NCBI GenBank assembly: GCA_965248925.1
Contig: CBDFLE010000006.1
Location: 2,336,001 to 2,400,000 of the forward strand
DNA: 64,000 nucleotides
Source of the DNA: Candidatus Multivoradales bacterium
GTDB lineage: Bacteria; Acidobacteriota; Thermoanaerobaculia; Multivoradales; J023
Reading direction: 5' to 3'
Below the pieces are notes generated by a model, which was given only the letters and a program-made list of their open reading frames with translations, did not search any database and had not been told where the DNA came from. The translations under genes were made by a program, and so were the position numbers. Of the stretch, positions 9,443 through 18,517 are shown piece after piece; within the stretch, counting starts at the first letter, position 1; the number at the start of each line of letters is the position of its first letter.

Positions 9443-10704
9443 CGCTCTTCCTCGGCCTCCGGCTCGATCTCGGGCTCGGGGGGATTGCGACCATAGGTTT
9501 CGTGCGCGACCACGAACTCGCCGCTGCCGATGGCGCCGCCCATCGACAACTCACCTGCCAGAATCGTCGCAGCGAAAATCTCAGCCAACCGCAGGGCATC
9601 CCCCGTCCCCTCGCAGCCGAGCATCGCCAGGCACTCGCGGCTGGTCCCGAGGCCGGTGCCGCCGCCGACCGTGGCCACCGACAGAGAGGGCAAGGTCACG
9701 CTGGCGTACAACCCGCCGTCGGCAGTGAGTTCGAAATTGGTAATGCCGACCGCCGAGTTGGCGACATTGGCGACGTCTTGACCGCAAGCGATGTAGAGCG
9801 CGGTCAAACCGTTGGCGTAATGGCCGTTGTAGCCTAGAGCACCCGCCTGTAGATGGCCAAGAACGGTGTGATGCCACATATGCACCAGTTGCTCGGGCAA
9901 GAGGTGCAGGACCGATTTCACCACCTGTCGCGGCAACCGCGCTCCGGCCACCACTTTCTTGCCCTTACCCCCCGCCAGTACCGCGCCGCTGGCGCGCTTC
10001 TCCGAGTTGTAGCCGCTAAAAACGTAGTACCGCTCGCTACCGAGGTTGCTGGCAATCCACTGGCAGATCGCTTCCACTGCCTTGACGATCATATTCATGC
10101 CCTGGGCGTCGGCGGTATGAAAACGGCAGTTGACGATCACCTCCCGCCCCACCGGCAGACACTCCAGCGCTAACAAACGACCGTGGGAGGTCGTCGCTTC
10201 GGCCACCTGTCGCAAGTCGTCAAAAGCAGCCTCAACCCGAGCCGCGAAATCGTACGCTTCGGCCACGCCGGCGAGAAAGAAGACTGGTGCGACCCGGTTC
10301 TCGTCCAACCACACCCGGGTTACCGCACCGCCGGCCCGGGTCAGGGCAACCATTCCTCGCTCATAAGAGCGCACCAAGGCCCCTTCGGTGGTTGCCAGCG
10401 GGACGTAGAACTCCCCCTTTGCGTGCTCGCCCCTTAGCCGCAAAGGGCCAGCGACGCCGAGGGGCATCTGGACCGCGCCGATGGGGTTCTCGATATTGCC
10501 GCGAAACTCCTCGCTGGGCAGGCTCGAGCGACCGACATGCGACAGTTGGGTGTCGGTGCGCTGCTCCACCCAAGCCCGGCGGCGAGCCACCAGATCAGCG
10601 CTGTAGCCTTGGTCCTTATAACGTGGTACCAAGCGGATACGCTGCCGCTCAGGCTCTACCAGAACCGGGCGCGCGGGTGCCTCTGTAGGCGAGCTTCTGG
10701 ACAT
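9439..10704 (-). CDS. Class I HMG-CoA reductase-like protein
   Basis: ENPIG, PLATTEGAL, DAQGMNM, ACGQD, TVGGGT and the C-terminal His (VAHE). Start taken at ATG 10704, just after the upstream stop. Confidence 0.9.
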   Translation of the reverse strand: MSRSSPTEAPARPVLVEPERQRIRLVPRYKDQGYSADLVARRRAWVEQRTDTQLSHVGRSSLPSEEFRGNIENPIGAVQMPLGVAGPLRLRGEHAKGEFYVPLATTEGALVRSYERGMVALTRAGGAVTRVWLDENRVAPVFFLAGVAEAYDFAARVEAAFDDLRQVAEATTSHGRLLALECLPVGREVIVNCRFHTADAQGMNMIVKAVEAICQWIASNLGSERYYVFSGYNSEKRASGAVLAGGKGKKVVAGARLPRQVVKSVLHLLPEQLVHMWHHTVLGHLQAGALGYNGHYANGLTALYIACGQDVANVANSAVGITNFELTADGGLYASVTLPSLSVATVGGGTGLGTSRECLAMLGCEGTGDALRLAEIFAATILAGELSMGGAIGSGEFVVAHETYGRNPPEPEIEPEAEEER

Positions 10705-10705
10705 C

Positions 10706-12019
10706 TCAAGAACCCCCGGTAGTAGGTTCCCCGGCCGCCACACGGGCCAAGCCCGCACCACGTTCGAGCACCAAGGCGGCGATGTTGCCATCGAGTCCGA
10801 CAGTATCGACCAAGCCCAATCGCAAGTCGGCCACGGGCGCCGGCGAGGTCAGTGGCGCCAGACACCAGCGAGACAGCTCCTCCTCGAGGCCAGCGATACT
10901 CGGCACCAAACCATCCAGCATGGCGCCCAACAGGGCCACCACTTGCAATGCGCCGGCGGCGCCGAAGGTTTCGCCGAGAATCGACTTGCTGGCCATCACC
11001 GGCAGTTTGCCGGCGTGTTCGCCAAACGCCGCCACCAGTCCCGCGGCCTCGTTCAGGTCGCCCCGCGGACTGCCGTTGGCCGAGGCACTGACTAGGTCAA
11101 TCTGCGCCGGCTCGAGCCCGGCATCGGCCAAGGCAGTGGTGATGGCATAGCATAAAGCGGCGCTGGCGGACTCTGGCTGCTGACCACGGGAGAGGTCATA
11201 ACAACTGGCATGGCCGCGAATCTCAGCCAAGATGGTGGCCCCGCGGCGTTCGGCGAGGGAGGCTTCCTCGAGCATCAGCAGGGCGGCGCCTTCACCAGCG
11301 GCGAAACCGTTGCGACGGCCATCGAAGGGCACGGCACAAGCCGGTTGGCCATTCGTCGCGGCAGCCAACATGCCCGCTTGGTCGAAGCCGCAGAAAGACT
11401 CGAAACACAATTCTTCGGCACCACCGGCGAGCAGCATCTCGGCGCGACCGGAGCGAATCAGGTCGGCACCCTGGGCGATCGCCTGCAAACCCGCCGTGGT
11501 GCCGCCGGTGAAAGTCGAGTTGACCCCGCGCAGACCGTGCCAGATCGCTGCCTGGCCCGCCGCCGCGTTGATCACCGTATTGGCGAACACCAGCGGTTTG
11601 GCATAGTTCGGCCCGGCGGTCTGTGCCCGCACATCGAATTCAGAGATGGTGTGCACACTGCCAAACATCGTCCCCAGCACCAATCCAAGTTCATGCTCGG
11701 CCCGCGCCTCAACGCTCCAACCGCTGGCGGCGAGAGCCAGCTGGGCAGCCACTACGGTCAGTCGCCCGGTACGGTCCAGCGGTCGCAGATTGACCTTGCC
11801 GAGATACTCCAGCGGCGCGAAATCGCGAATCTCGGCACCGAGCGCGGTCGACAAGGACGAGGTATCGAACATCTCCACCGCCGCCAAACCGCTGCACCCC
11901 TGGCGTTGAGCCGCCCACAAGGCCACCGGTGAGTCGCCCACCGCCGACAGCATCCCCACCCCGGTGACCACCACCCGCCGCTCACCTCCTGCCTCCGCTA
12001 GGCCGTTCGCCCTACTCAT
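10706..12019 (-). CDS. Ketosynthase-like chain-length-factor (CLF) type subunit, catalytically inactive
   Basis: KS fold with the catalytic Cys absent (TGGTTAG), HGTGT replaced by SANGS, and GH replaced by GE (KSILGET). Confidence 0.85.
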   Translation of the reverse strand: MSRANGLAEAGGERRVVVTGVGMLSAVGDSPVALWAAQRQGCSGLAAVEMFDTSSLSTALGAEIRDFAPLEYLGKVNLRPLDRTGRLTVVAAQLALAASGWSVEARAEHELGLVLGTMFGSVHTISEFDVRAQTAGPNYAKPLVFANTVINAAAGQAAIWHGLRGVNSTFTGGTTAGLQAIAQGADLIRSGRAEMLLAGGAEELCFESFCGFDQAGMLAAATNGQPACAVPFDGRRNGFAAGEGAALLMLEEASLAERRGATILAEIRGHASCYDLSRGQQPESASAALCYAITTALADAGLEPAQIDLVSASANGSPRGDLNEAAGLVAAFGEHAGKLPVMASKSILGETFGAAGALQVVALLGAMLDGLVPSIAGLEEELSRWCLAPLTSPAPVADLRLGLVDTVGLDGNIAALVLERGAGLARVAAGEPTTGGS

Positions 12020-13233
12020 CCGGCATACCGCCGGAAAAGCACCGAGGCATTGTTGCCACCAAAGGCATAGGCGTTGTTCATCGCCACCTCGACCGCTAGT
12101 TGGCGCGCCTCGTTGGGTACGCAGTCGAGTTCACACTGCGGATCAGGCTCGGAAAAATTCATGGTGGGCGGGATCTCGCTCTGGTCGATCGCCAAACAGC
12201 AGATAGCGCTCTCGATAGCCGAGGCAGCGCCCATGGTGTGGCCGATCATCGATTTCACCGAACTGATCGGCAGCCGCGCGAGGCCATCACCAAAGACTCG
12301 CTGCACCGCCAAAGTTTCGAGGCGGTCGTTGGTCGGTGTGCCAGTACCGTGGGCGCTGACGTAGCTGACCGCCGCCGGCTCGATACCACTAGTCGCCAAA
12401 GCCTGCTCCATGGCGCGGGCGGCACCATCGCCCTCGGGATGGGCAGCGGTCATGTGATGGGCGTCGCAGGAGAGGCCAAAGCCAGCCATCTCAGCGTAGA
12501 TCCGCGCCCCCCGACGCCGCGCGCGGTCGAGAGTCTCGAGCACCAACACCGCCGCCCCCTCGCCCGGGATCATCCCCTTGCGATGGAGGTCAAACGGCTG
12601 GCAGATCTCCGGTGCGATCGCCCCGAGGCGGGCAAAACCGGTGTAGGTGATGCGCGAGAAAGAGTCGGCTCCGCCGGCCAACATGACCTCGGCGCGACCG
12701 GCGCGCAGCGCATCGAAAGCATAGGCCATGGCGTAGTTGCCGGCCGCGCAGGCGGCGGGGATCATCGCATTGATGCCGCCGAAGCCGACTTCGACCGCGA
12801 CCTGGCCGGCGATCACATGACAGGGATAAGCGTGGGCAAACCGAGGGCCGAGCTGATCGAGGCTGTCGGCCATCATGCGATCGTCGAAATGCTCGACCTC
12901 GCGCGGCTCACCCGAAGTAGTGCCCATCACCACACCTGCTCGATGAGGATCCGCGGGGCGCTCCAGGCCGGCATCTTCGACCGCCTCGTGGGCAGCGCAG
13001 ATCGCCAGTTGGGAAGCGCGGCCAACCTGTGTCGGATCCAGTAGTCGCAGGGCCAGCGCAGGGTCAAAACCCTGAATCTCGGCACCCAGCTTGGCCCGAT
13101 GCTTGCTTGTGTCGAACGAGGTCACGGCACTGAAGCCACTGCAGCCAGCGAGCAGCTGGCGCCAGCTCTGATCGCGGTCGGTGCCCACGGGCGTAACCGC
13201 ACCGATGCCGGTGACGACGACCCGTGGCAACAT
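12016..13233 (-). CDS. Beta-ketoacyl-ACP synthase (FabF/type II PKS KS)
   Basis: Intact Cys-His-His triad: PAACAAG, SAHGTGT, KSMIGHT. Also NNAYAFGGNN. Confidence 0.95.
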   Translation of the reverse strand: MLPRVVVTGIGAVTPVGTDRDQSWRQLLAGCSGFSAVTSFDTSKHRAKLGAEIQGFDPALALRLLDPTQVGRASQLAICAAHEAVEDAGLERPADPHRAGVVMGTTSGEPREVEHFDDRMMADSLDQLGPRFAHAYPCHVIAGQVAVEVGFGGINAMIPAACAAGNYAMAYAFDALRAGRAEVMLAGGADSFSRITYTGFARLGAIAPEICQPFDLHRKGMIPGEGAAVLVLETLDRARRRGARIYAEMAGFGLSCDAHHMTAAHPEGDGAARAMEQALATSGIEPAAVSYVSAHGTGTPTNDRLETLAVQRVFGDGLARLPISSVKSMIGHTMGAASAIESAICCLAIDQSEIPPTMNFSEPDPQCELDCVPNEARQLAVEVAMNNAYAFGGNNASVLFRRYAG

Positions 13234-13234
13234 C

Positions 13235-13513
13235 TCAGGCTACTTCCTCGGCGGCGCCCACGTCGAGATGCTCCAGCACCAGGTCGACCGAATCCTGCAC
13301 CGTGCGCAACTCCTGTAAGCGCTCTTCCGGCACCCCGAGCTTGAACTCGAAATCGACGTCGACCCCGATCTCCATCAAGGACAGAGAATCCAATTCCAAA
13401 TCATCGATAAAAGAAGCATTGTCGGCGATCTCCGCCGGCTCGATGCTAGTGACATTGGAGATGATCTCCTTGATCTTGGCCCGAATCTCCGGGATCTTAT
13501 CTGTGACAGCCAT
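13235..13513 (-). CDS. Acyl carrier protein
   Basis: 92 aa acidic protein with the DLELDSLSLMEI phosphopantetheine site. Confidence 0.95.
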   Translation of the reverse strand: MAVTDKIPEIRAKIKEIISNVTSIEPAEIADNASFIDDLELDSLSLMEIGVDVDFEFKLGVPEERLQELRTVQDSVDLVLEHLDVGAAEEVA

Positions 13514-13746
13514 TCCCTACTTCCTCCAGCTTGCGGTGGCGCTGCTCAGTCAGCACGCGACGGTAGGAGGACGGCCGGCAAGGCCGCCTCCCGATCTCTT
13601 CCCCTGATCTCGAGAATCATCGACTCACTCCAGCGCCACGGACGGTCAGAAACTCCGCAGACAACCAAAGTAACTCAGCACAGATGCTATAGCCGGCTCG
13701 GTAGAGCAGCAATGGCTCTGGTGGTGCAAAAAAGATCTAGTGCCTC

Positions 13747-14484
13747 CTACCTTGCCGCCGGCCAACCCGGTAGGGACTGCTCCATCAGACCGAGTGCCAG
13801 AGCGCGCCGAATCGCTCCGCGGCGCTGCCCGACACCGAGCTTGTCGAGGATCTTGTGAACATGATTCTTCACCGTTGGCAGGCTGATCGCCAGCCGTTGA
13901 GCGATTTCCTTGTTGCGCAAACCTCCGCCGATTAGCCTTAGCACCTGATCCTCCCTTGGCGTCAGCCGCACCACCACCTGCTCACGGGATTTCACCGGCA
14001 ACTGCTCAGCCAGCTCAGAGATGCGACTGAGCACGCTAGCCGCCAGTCGCGGCGTACACGGTGGCCGGTTGGCGAGCACATCGGCAATCGCCTGGCGCAA
14101 CTCAGCCAATCCAGCGGCGGCAGGCAAATGCCCACTGGCCCCCTCTTCAATCAGCGCCAGCCCCTCGCGCTCGCCGTCGACGCCCAACACCAGCACTTTG
14201 GCGCGAGGATACTGCCGCCGAGCCCAGCGGGTCGCGACGCGGGTCTGGCCCGCGCCGCCGAGGGCATCGATCAGCACCACCTTCGGCACGTTATTCGGCA
14301 CATTGTTCGGCACAGAATTCGCCGCCGAGCCCGGCTCCGCAACACATCCATCAGCGTCCGGTGCAGCTATTGTCCGCAAGCAGGCGGTGGCGCCAAACGT
14401 GGCCACCAAAGCCTGCGCCACCAAGGGTGAGGGGTGGACGAGCCACACCTCCGGGCGGTGGCCATTGGCGGCCACGTCCCTCAC
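13747..14484 (-). CDS. LuxR/NarL-family regulator with degenerate receiver domain
   Basis: LTPREDQVL...NKEIAQRL.ISLPTVKNHVHKIL HTH. Start assumed at GTG 14484, overlapping the upstream TGA. Confidence 0.85.
   Translation of the reverse strand: MRDVAANGHRPEVWLVHPSPLVAQALVATFGATACLRTIAAPDADGCVAEPGSAANSVPNNVPNNVPKVVLIDALGGAGQTRVATRWARRQYPRAKVLVLGVDGEREGLALIEEGASGHLPAAAGLAELRQAIADVLANRPPCTPRLAASVLSRISELAEQLPVKSREQVVVRLTPREDQVLRLIGGGLRNKEIAQRLAISLPTVKNHVHKILDKLGVGQRRGAIRRALALGLMEQSLPGWPAAR
14282..14320. repeat. Imperfect 12-bp tandem repeat (about 3 copies) encoding VPNN in the LuxR gene
   Basis: ttcggcacgtta ttcggcacattg ttcggcacagaa. Protein reads SVPNNVPNNVPK. Confidence 0.8.
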
Positions 14485-15170
14485 CCGGCCTCCCGCACCA
14501 AGCGATGGCGACGATCCCTGATCCAACCATGACGATAGGCATGGCGCACCGCCGCGCCGCGATCGCCAACCTCGAGCTTCTCGAAAATGTGATGCACATG
14601 GTTCTTGACCGTGTAGACCGAGAGGTTGAGCTGCTCGGCGATCTGCCGGTTGCTCGAATCATCGGCGATCAGCTGCAAGATCTCGATCTCGCGCGGGGTC
14701 AGCTTGAAGACCTCGGCGCGGTCGTGCTCTCGGCGTTGTCGCGCCACGTCGGCCAAGCGGGTGAACAGTGAATCGGCGATATCGGTCGAACAAAGCACCT
14801 CGCCTTGCAGCACCCGGTCGAGGGTGTCCACCAGCTTCCCCCAGTGGTTTTCCTTACCCACGAAAGCGTCTACGCCGGCCTCGACACAACGCAGAATCGC
14901 CCGTTGATGCAGCGGTAAACCAAGGACCACGACCTTCGGTGCCGGCTCCATTTGGCGCGTCTCGCGAACCAGACAGCCGAGGCGCTCCTTGGCTCTGTTG
15001 ATATCGATCAGCAACAAGTCCGGCGGCTCGGCGCGCACCGCGGCCAGCGCAGATTCCGGCCGCTCGGCAACCGCCACCGAGAAGCGAGGGCCCGAAGAAA
15101 GATGAGCTGCCAACGCCTCCCGCGCCACCCCATGACAGCTGTAGAGCAGAATCCGCGACCGTCGGCTCAT
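14481..15170 (-). CDS. LuxR/NarL-family response regulator (atypical receiver)
   Basis: PDLLLID, FVGK and LTPREIEIL...TVKNHVHHIFEKL. Start likely ATG 15170. Confidence 0.9.
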   Translation of the reverse strand: MSRRSRILLYSCHGVAREALAAHLSSGPRFSVAVAERPESALAAVRAEPPDLLLIDINRAKERLGCLVRETRQMEPAPKVVVLGLPLHQRAILRCVEAGVDAFVGKENHWGKLVDTLDRVLQGEVLCSTDIADSLFTRLADVARQRREHDRAEVFKLTPREIEILQLIADDSSNRQIAEQLNLSVYTVKNHVHHIFEKLEVGDRGAAVRHAYRHGWIRDRRHRLVREAG

Positions 15171-15453
15171 CCGCCGTTCTCCCGTCAAACAAGACATCCA
15201 CCCGCCCGGTTCCGCAGCCATCAAGCGGCTCGGGCGGCAGCAAATGTCCCTGCTGCTGAATCTGAATAGCTAAAGCGATCGAGCTGAGATTAGCATATTG
15301 CCGAGCCGGCAAACCAAGCCGCCGAATGGTTTGCACCGACCGGCGCAGGATGACTGAAATTGACCAGCCGCAGAGGTTTCTACCCTCGGCAGCCGACGGC
15401 CAAGAGACTCTGAGCTAGGAACGTCGGCCGTTCTTGTGGTGAGGGCGCAGAGA

Positions 15454-17724
15454 TTACCAGGGGCCGCAATTTGCACCGTCCGCCACCGGTTCGAGAATCA
15501 ACGCCGCGAGCGGCGGCAGATCGATAGGCAGGGTGGCCGGCCACTCATCCCGCGGCTGTTCGCCGGCAATGGGCTCCACTGCGGTGGCATAGCCGCTGCC
15601 GCCATAGCGCTCGTCGTCTGAAGACAGCAGCAACCGGTAGGGTCCAGGGTGGGGCACTCCCAGGCTATAGCCGGGGCGTGGCACCGGCGTCAGGTTGAGC
15701 ACCACTAGTACCGAGTCTTCGGCAGAGCGGCGTTGATAGGCGATGACCGACCGCTGCCGATCGTCGCAACTCAACCAACGAAAACCTTCGGGATCGGGAT
15801 CGCTTTGCCACAGACAGGGGCGCGATTGATAAAGCTTTCCGAGATCGCAGAGCAAGTTGTAGATGCCCTGGTGGTCGGCGTCTTCGAGCAGCTGCCAATC
15901 GAGTTCGCCCTGCCACGCCCACTCTTTGCGGGGTGCCAACTCACTGCCCATGAACAGTAACTTCTTGCCCGGTCGGCTGAGCTGATAAGCGTAAAGCAAA
16001 CGCAGATTGGCCAGCTGCTGCCACGGGTCGCCGTACATCTTGGCTTGCAACGAGCCTTTACCATGCACTACTTCATCATGGGACAACGGATTCAAAAAAC
16101 ACTCGCTGTATTCATAGACCATGGCGAAGGTGAGCTGGTCGTGGCAGCCCGAGCGAAACAAGGGGTCGACTGCCAGATAGCTCAGGGTGTCGTGCATCCA
16201 GCCCAGGTTCCATTTCAGGTCGAAACCCAACCCGCCCTCCGTGGGAGACTTTGTGACCCCTGGCCACGAGGTGCTTTCTTCAGCTAGGGTAAAGCATCCA
16301 GGGAATTCTTCGTGGACCCGCTGGTTGACCGCCTGTAAAAAACTGATCGCTTCGAGGTTCTCGCGCCCTCCCCGCTCATTGGCCAACCACTCCCCTTCTT
16401 TGCGGCTGTAGTCGAGATAGAGCATCGAAGCCACCGCGTCGACCCGCAAGCCGTCGATGTGCATCACGTCGAGCCAGTAAAGGGCGTTGGCAATGAGAAA
16501 GTTGCGCACTTCGTAGCGCCCCAAATTGAAGATCAGGGTGCCCCAATCCGGATGCAGGCCACGGCGTGGATCGGCGTGCTCGTAGAGGGCCGTGCCATCG
16601 AACTTCGCCAGCCCGTGGGCATCGGTGACAAAGTGGCCAGGGACCCAGTCGAGAATCACCCCAATGCCATGCTGATGGCAGTGATCGACAAAAAAGCGGA
16701 AGTCGTCGGGGTCGCCGTGGCGGGAGGTCGGTGCGTAGTAGCCAGTGACTTGATAACCCCAAGAACCGCCGTAGGGATGCTCGCTGATCGGCAACAGTTC
16801 GAGATAGTTGAAACCCAGAGGCAGCAGGTGTTCGACCAGCAGTGGCGCTAACTCGCGATAGCTCAACAGCTGACCGTCGCGATGCCGCCAAGAAGCCAGG
16901 TGTACCTCGTAGATGTGCATTGGCGCCCGCCCGGGCTGCAATTCGCGCCGCGCTGTCAGCCAAGCTTGGTCAGACCAGCTGTAGGCCGAACTGAAAGTCC
17001 GCGAAGCGGTCTCGGGTGGCTGCTCGGCCCAAACCGCCAACGGATCGGCTTTGAGCCGCACTTCGCCGTCGGCGCCGAGGATCTCAAACTTGTAGAGTTC
17101 TCCCGTCTCTAGCTCCGGGATGAAGATCTCAAACACGCCACTGTTGCCCAAACGGCGCATCGGGTAGCGCCGTCCGTCCCAATTGCAAAAGTCCCCCACC
17201 AGACTGACCCGTTGGGCGTTGGCAGCCCAGACGGCGACCGCGAACCCAGCGACCCCCAAGAGGGTACGAGGACGGGCGCCGAGACTCTCCCACAACCGCC
17301 AATGGGTTCCCTCGCCCAGCAAGTAGAGATCGACCTCGCCCAAGCTGGGTGGGAAGCGGTAGGGATCTTCGATCTGGCGCGCCTCCCCTCCCACTTGCTC
17401 GACGACCTGTAGACGATAGGCCAGCTCGGCTTGCTCAGCCGGCAGCCAGGCGGCCCACAGGCCGCGCGGGTCGATTTGTTCGAGGGCCAGCGAATCACCG
17501 CTCGGCAACACTACGGCCACGGACTCCACCGCCGGAAATTGCACTCGCAAGACGACCCCTGACTCACCGTCGAGAGTCGCCGCGTGCGGACCGAGCAGGC
17601 GGTGCGGATCGGCGTGTTGCCCGTCGAGCAGGGCTTGGCAATCGGCCAAGTCGCCGGCCAGCAACTGGCGTCGTGGATCGCCGGGCTTGGAATTACCGCG
17701 TTCAGAAGTACTGTTTGCAGACAT
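15454..17724 (-). CDS. glgB: 1,4-alpha-glucan branching enzyme
   Basis: IYEVHLASW, SWGYQVTGYYAP, LDWVPGHF, DGLRVDAVASM, AEEST, KWNLGWMHD, LSHDEVVHGK. Confidence 0.97.
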   Translation of the reverse strand: MSANSTSERGNSKPGDPRRQLLAGDLADCQALLDGQHADPHRLLGPHAATLDGESGVVLRVQFPAVESVAVVLPSGDSLALEQIDPRGLWAAWLPAEQAELAYRLQVVEQVGGEARQIEDPYRFPPSLGEVDLYLLGEGTHWRLWESLGARPRTLLGVAGFAVAVWAANAQRVSLVGDFCNWDGRRYPMRRLGNSGVFEIFIPELETGELYKFEILGADGEVRLKADPLAVWAEQPPETASRTFSSAYSWSDQAWLTARRELQPGRAPMHIYEVHLASWRHRDGQLLSYRELAPLLVEHLLPLGFNYLELLPISEHPYGGSWGYQVTGYYAPTSRHGDPDDFRFFVDHCHQHGIGVILDWVPGHFVTDAHGLAKFDGTALYEHADPRRGLHPDWGTLIFNLGRYEVRNFLIANALYWLDVMHIDGLRVDAVASMLYLDYSRKEGEWLANERGGRENLEAISFLQAVNQRVHEEFPGCFTLAEESTSWPGVTKSPTEGGLGFDLKWNLGWMHDTLSYLAVDPLFRSGCHDQLTFAMVYEYSECFLNPLSHDEVVHGKGSLQAKMYGDPWQQLANLRLLYAYQLSRPGKKLLFMGSELAPRKEWAWQGELDWQLLEDADHQGIYNLLCDLGKLYQSRPCLWQSDPDPEGFRWLSCDDRQRSVIAYQRRSAEDSVLVVLNLTPVPRPGYSLGVPHPGPYRLLLSSDDERYGGSGYATAVEPIAGEQPRDEWPATLPIDLPPLAALILEPVADGANCGPW

Positions 17725-17743
17725 GGGGGCTTGGCTAACCAGT

Positions 17744-18517
17744 CTACACCGTGAAGGGCGAGTCAACGGCCGCCCACCTCGGTGTCTCGTCCAATTCGGG
17801 CCGTCCGGCGAGGATCTCGTGCGGCTGATAGCGGGCTTTGTAGCGCATGCTCTGGTTACCCTCGACCCAATAACCCAGGTAGAGGTTTTCTACTCCCCGA
17901 GTCTTGGCCAAGAGCAGCTGCTGCAGCACCGAGAAGACCCCTAGGCCGCGCTGGCGCAAGTCGGGATCGTAGTAGCAATAGACCGCTGATACCGCCTTGG
18001 GCAGCAGGTCCACCAACGCCACCCCGACCAAATTGCCATCGAGCACAAATAGCAGTTCGTGGCCAAAGTCGTGCTGGCCGTCGACAAAGGTGAAGAAGTA
18101 TTCCTCGGCAGTGATCGCTTTTTCTTTCCAACCGCGACGGTGATGCATGTCGCGGTGATAGCGCTGGTAGAGATCGAGATGGGCGGCCGTGACGCAGGGG
18201 CGGCCGAGCAAGGTGTGGAGATCTTGATTGCGCTTGCCAGTGCGCCGCATCGAGCGGTTGGGGGCAAAGCTGTCGACCGCCACCCGCAGGCTGCGGCACT
18301 GCTGGCAATTGGCACAGACCGGGCGAAAAAACGCCCGGCCAAAACGTCGCCAGCCGCGCCCGAGCAAGCGCTGATAGTCCTCTGCGGGACAAGCGCCGAT
18401 GACCCGGTAGGCCATTTGCGAGGTCAGGTCAGGGAGGTAAGGGCAGGGCTCGCCCGCGCTGAGTTCCTCGGTGATCGAGCCGAGCACCGTGAGGCTACCC
18501 GCCGCCGGGTCTCTCAT
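17744..18517 (-). CDS. bpt: Bacterial ATE1-like aspartate/glutamate leucyltransferase (arginyltransferase family)
   Basis: CPYL, GWRRFG, RPVCANCQQC, SAVYCYYDPD, YLGYWV..SMRYK. Confidence 0.92.
   Translation of the reverse strand: MRDPAAGSLTVLGSITEELSAGEPCPYLPDLTSQMAYRVIGACPAEDYQRLLGRGWRRFGRAFFRPVCANCQQCRSLRVAVDSFAPNRSMRRTGKRNQDLHTLLGRPCVTAAHLDLYQRYHRDMHHRRGWKEKAITAEEYFFTFVDGQHDFGHELLFVLDGNLVGVALVDLLPKAVSAVYCYYDPDLRQRGLGVFSVLQQLLLAKTRGVENLYLGYWVEGNQSMRYKARYQPHEILAGRPELDETPRWAAVDSPFTV

Noticed and set aside
7895-10704. Carotenoid/mevalonate gene cluster
   Set aside because: No phytoene synthase, prenyltransferase or other mevalonate genes are visible, and the neighbours are ACP/KS genes. This cannot be fully excluded because the operon is cut by the window edge.
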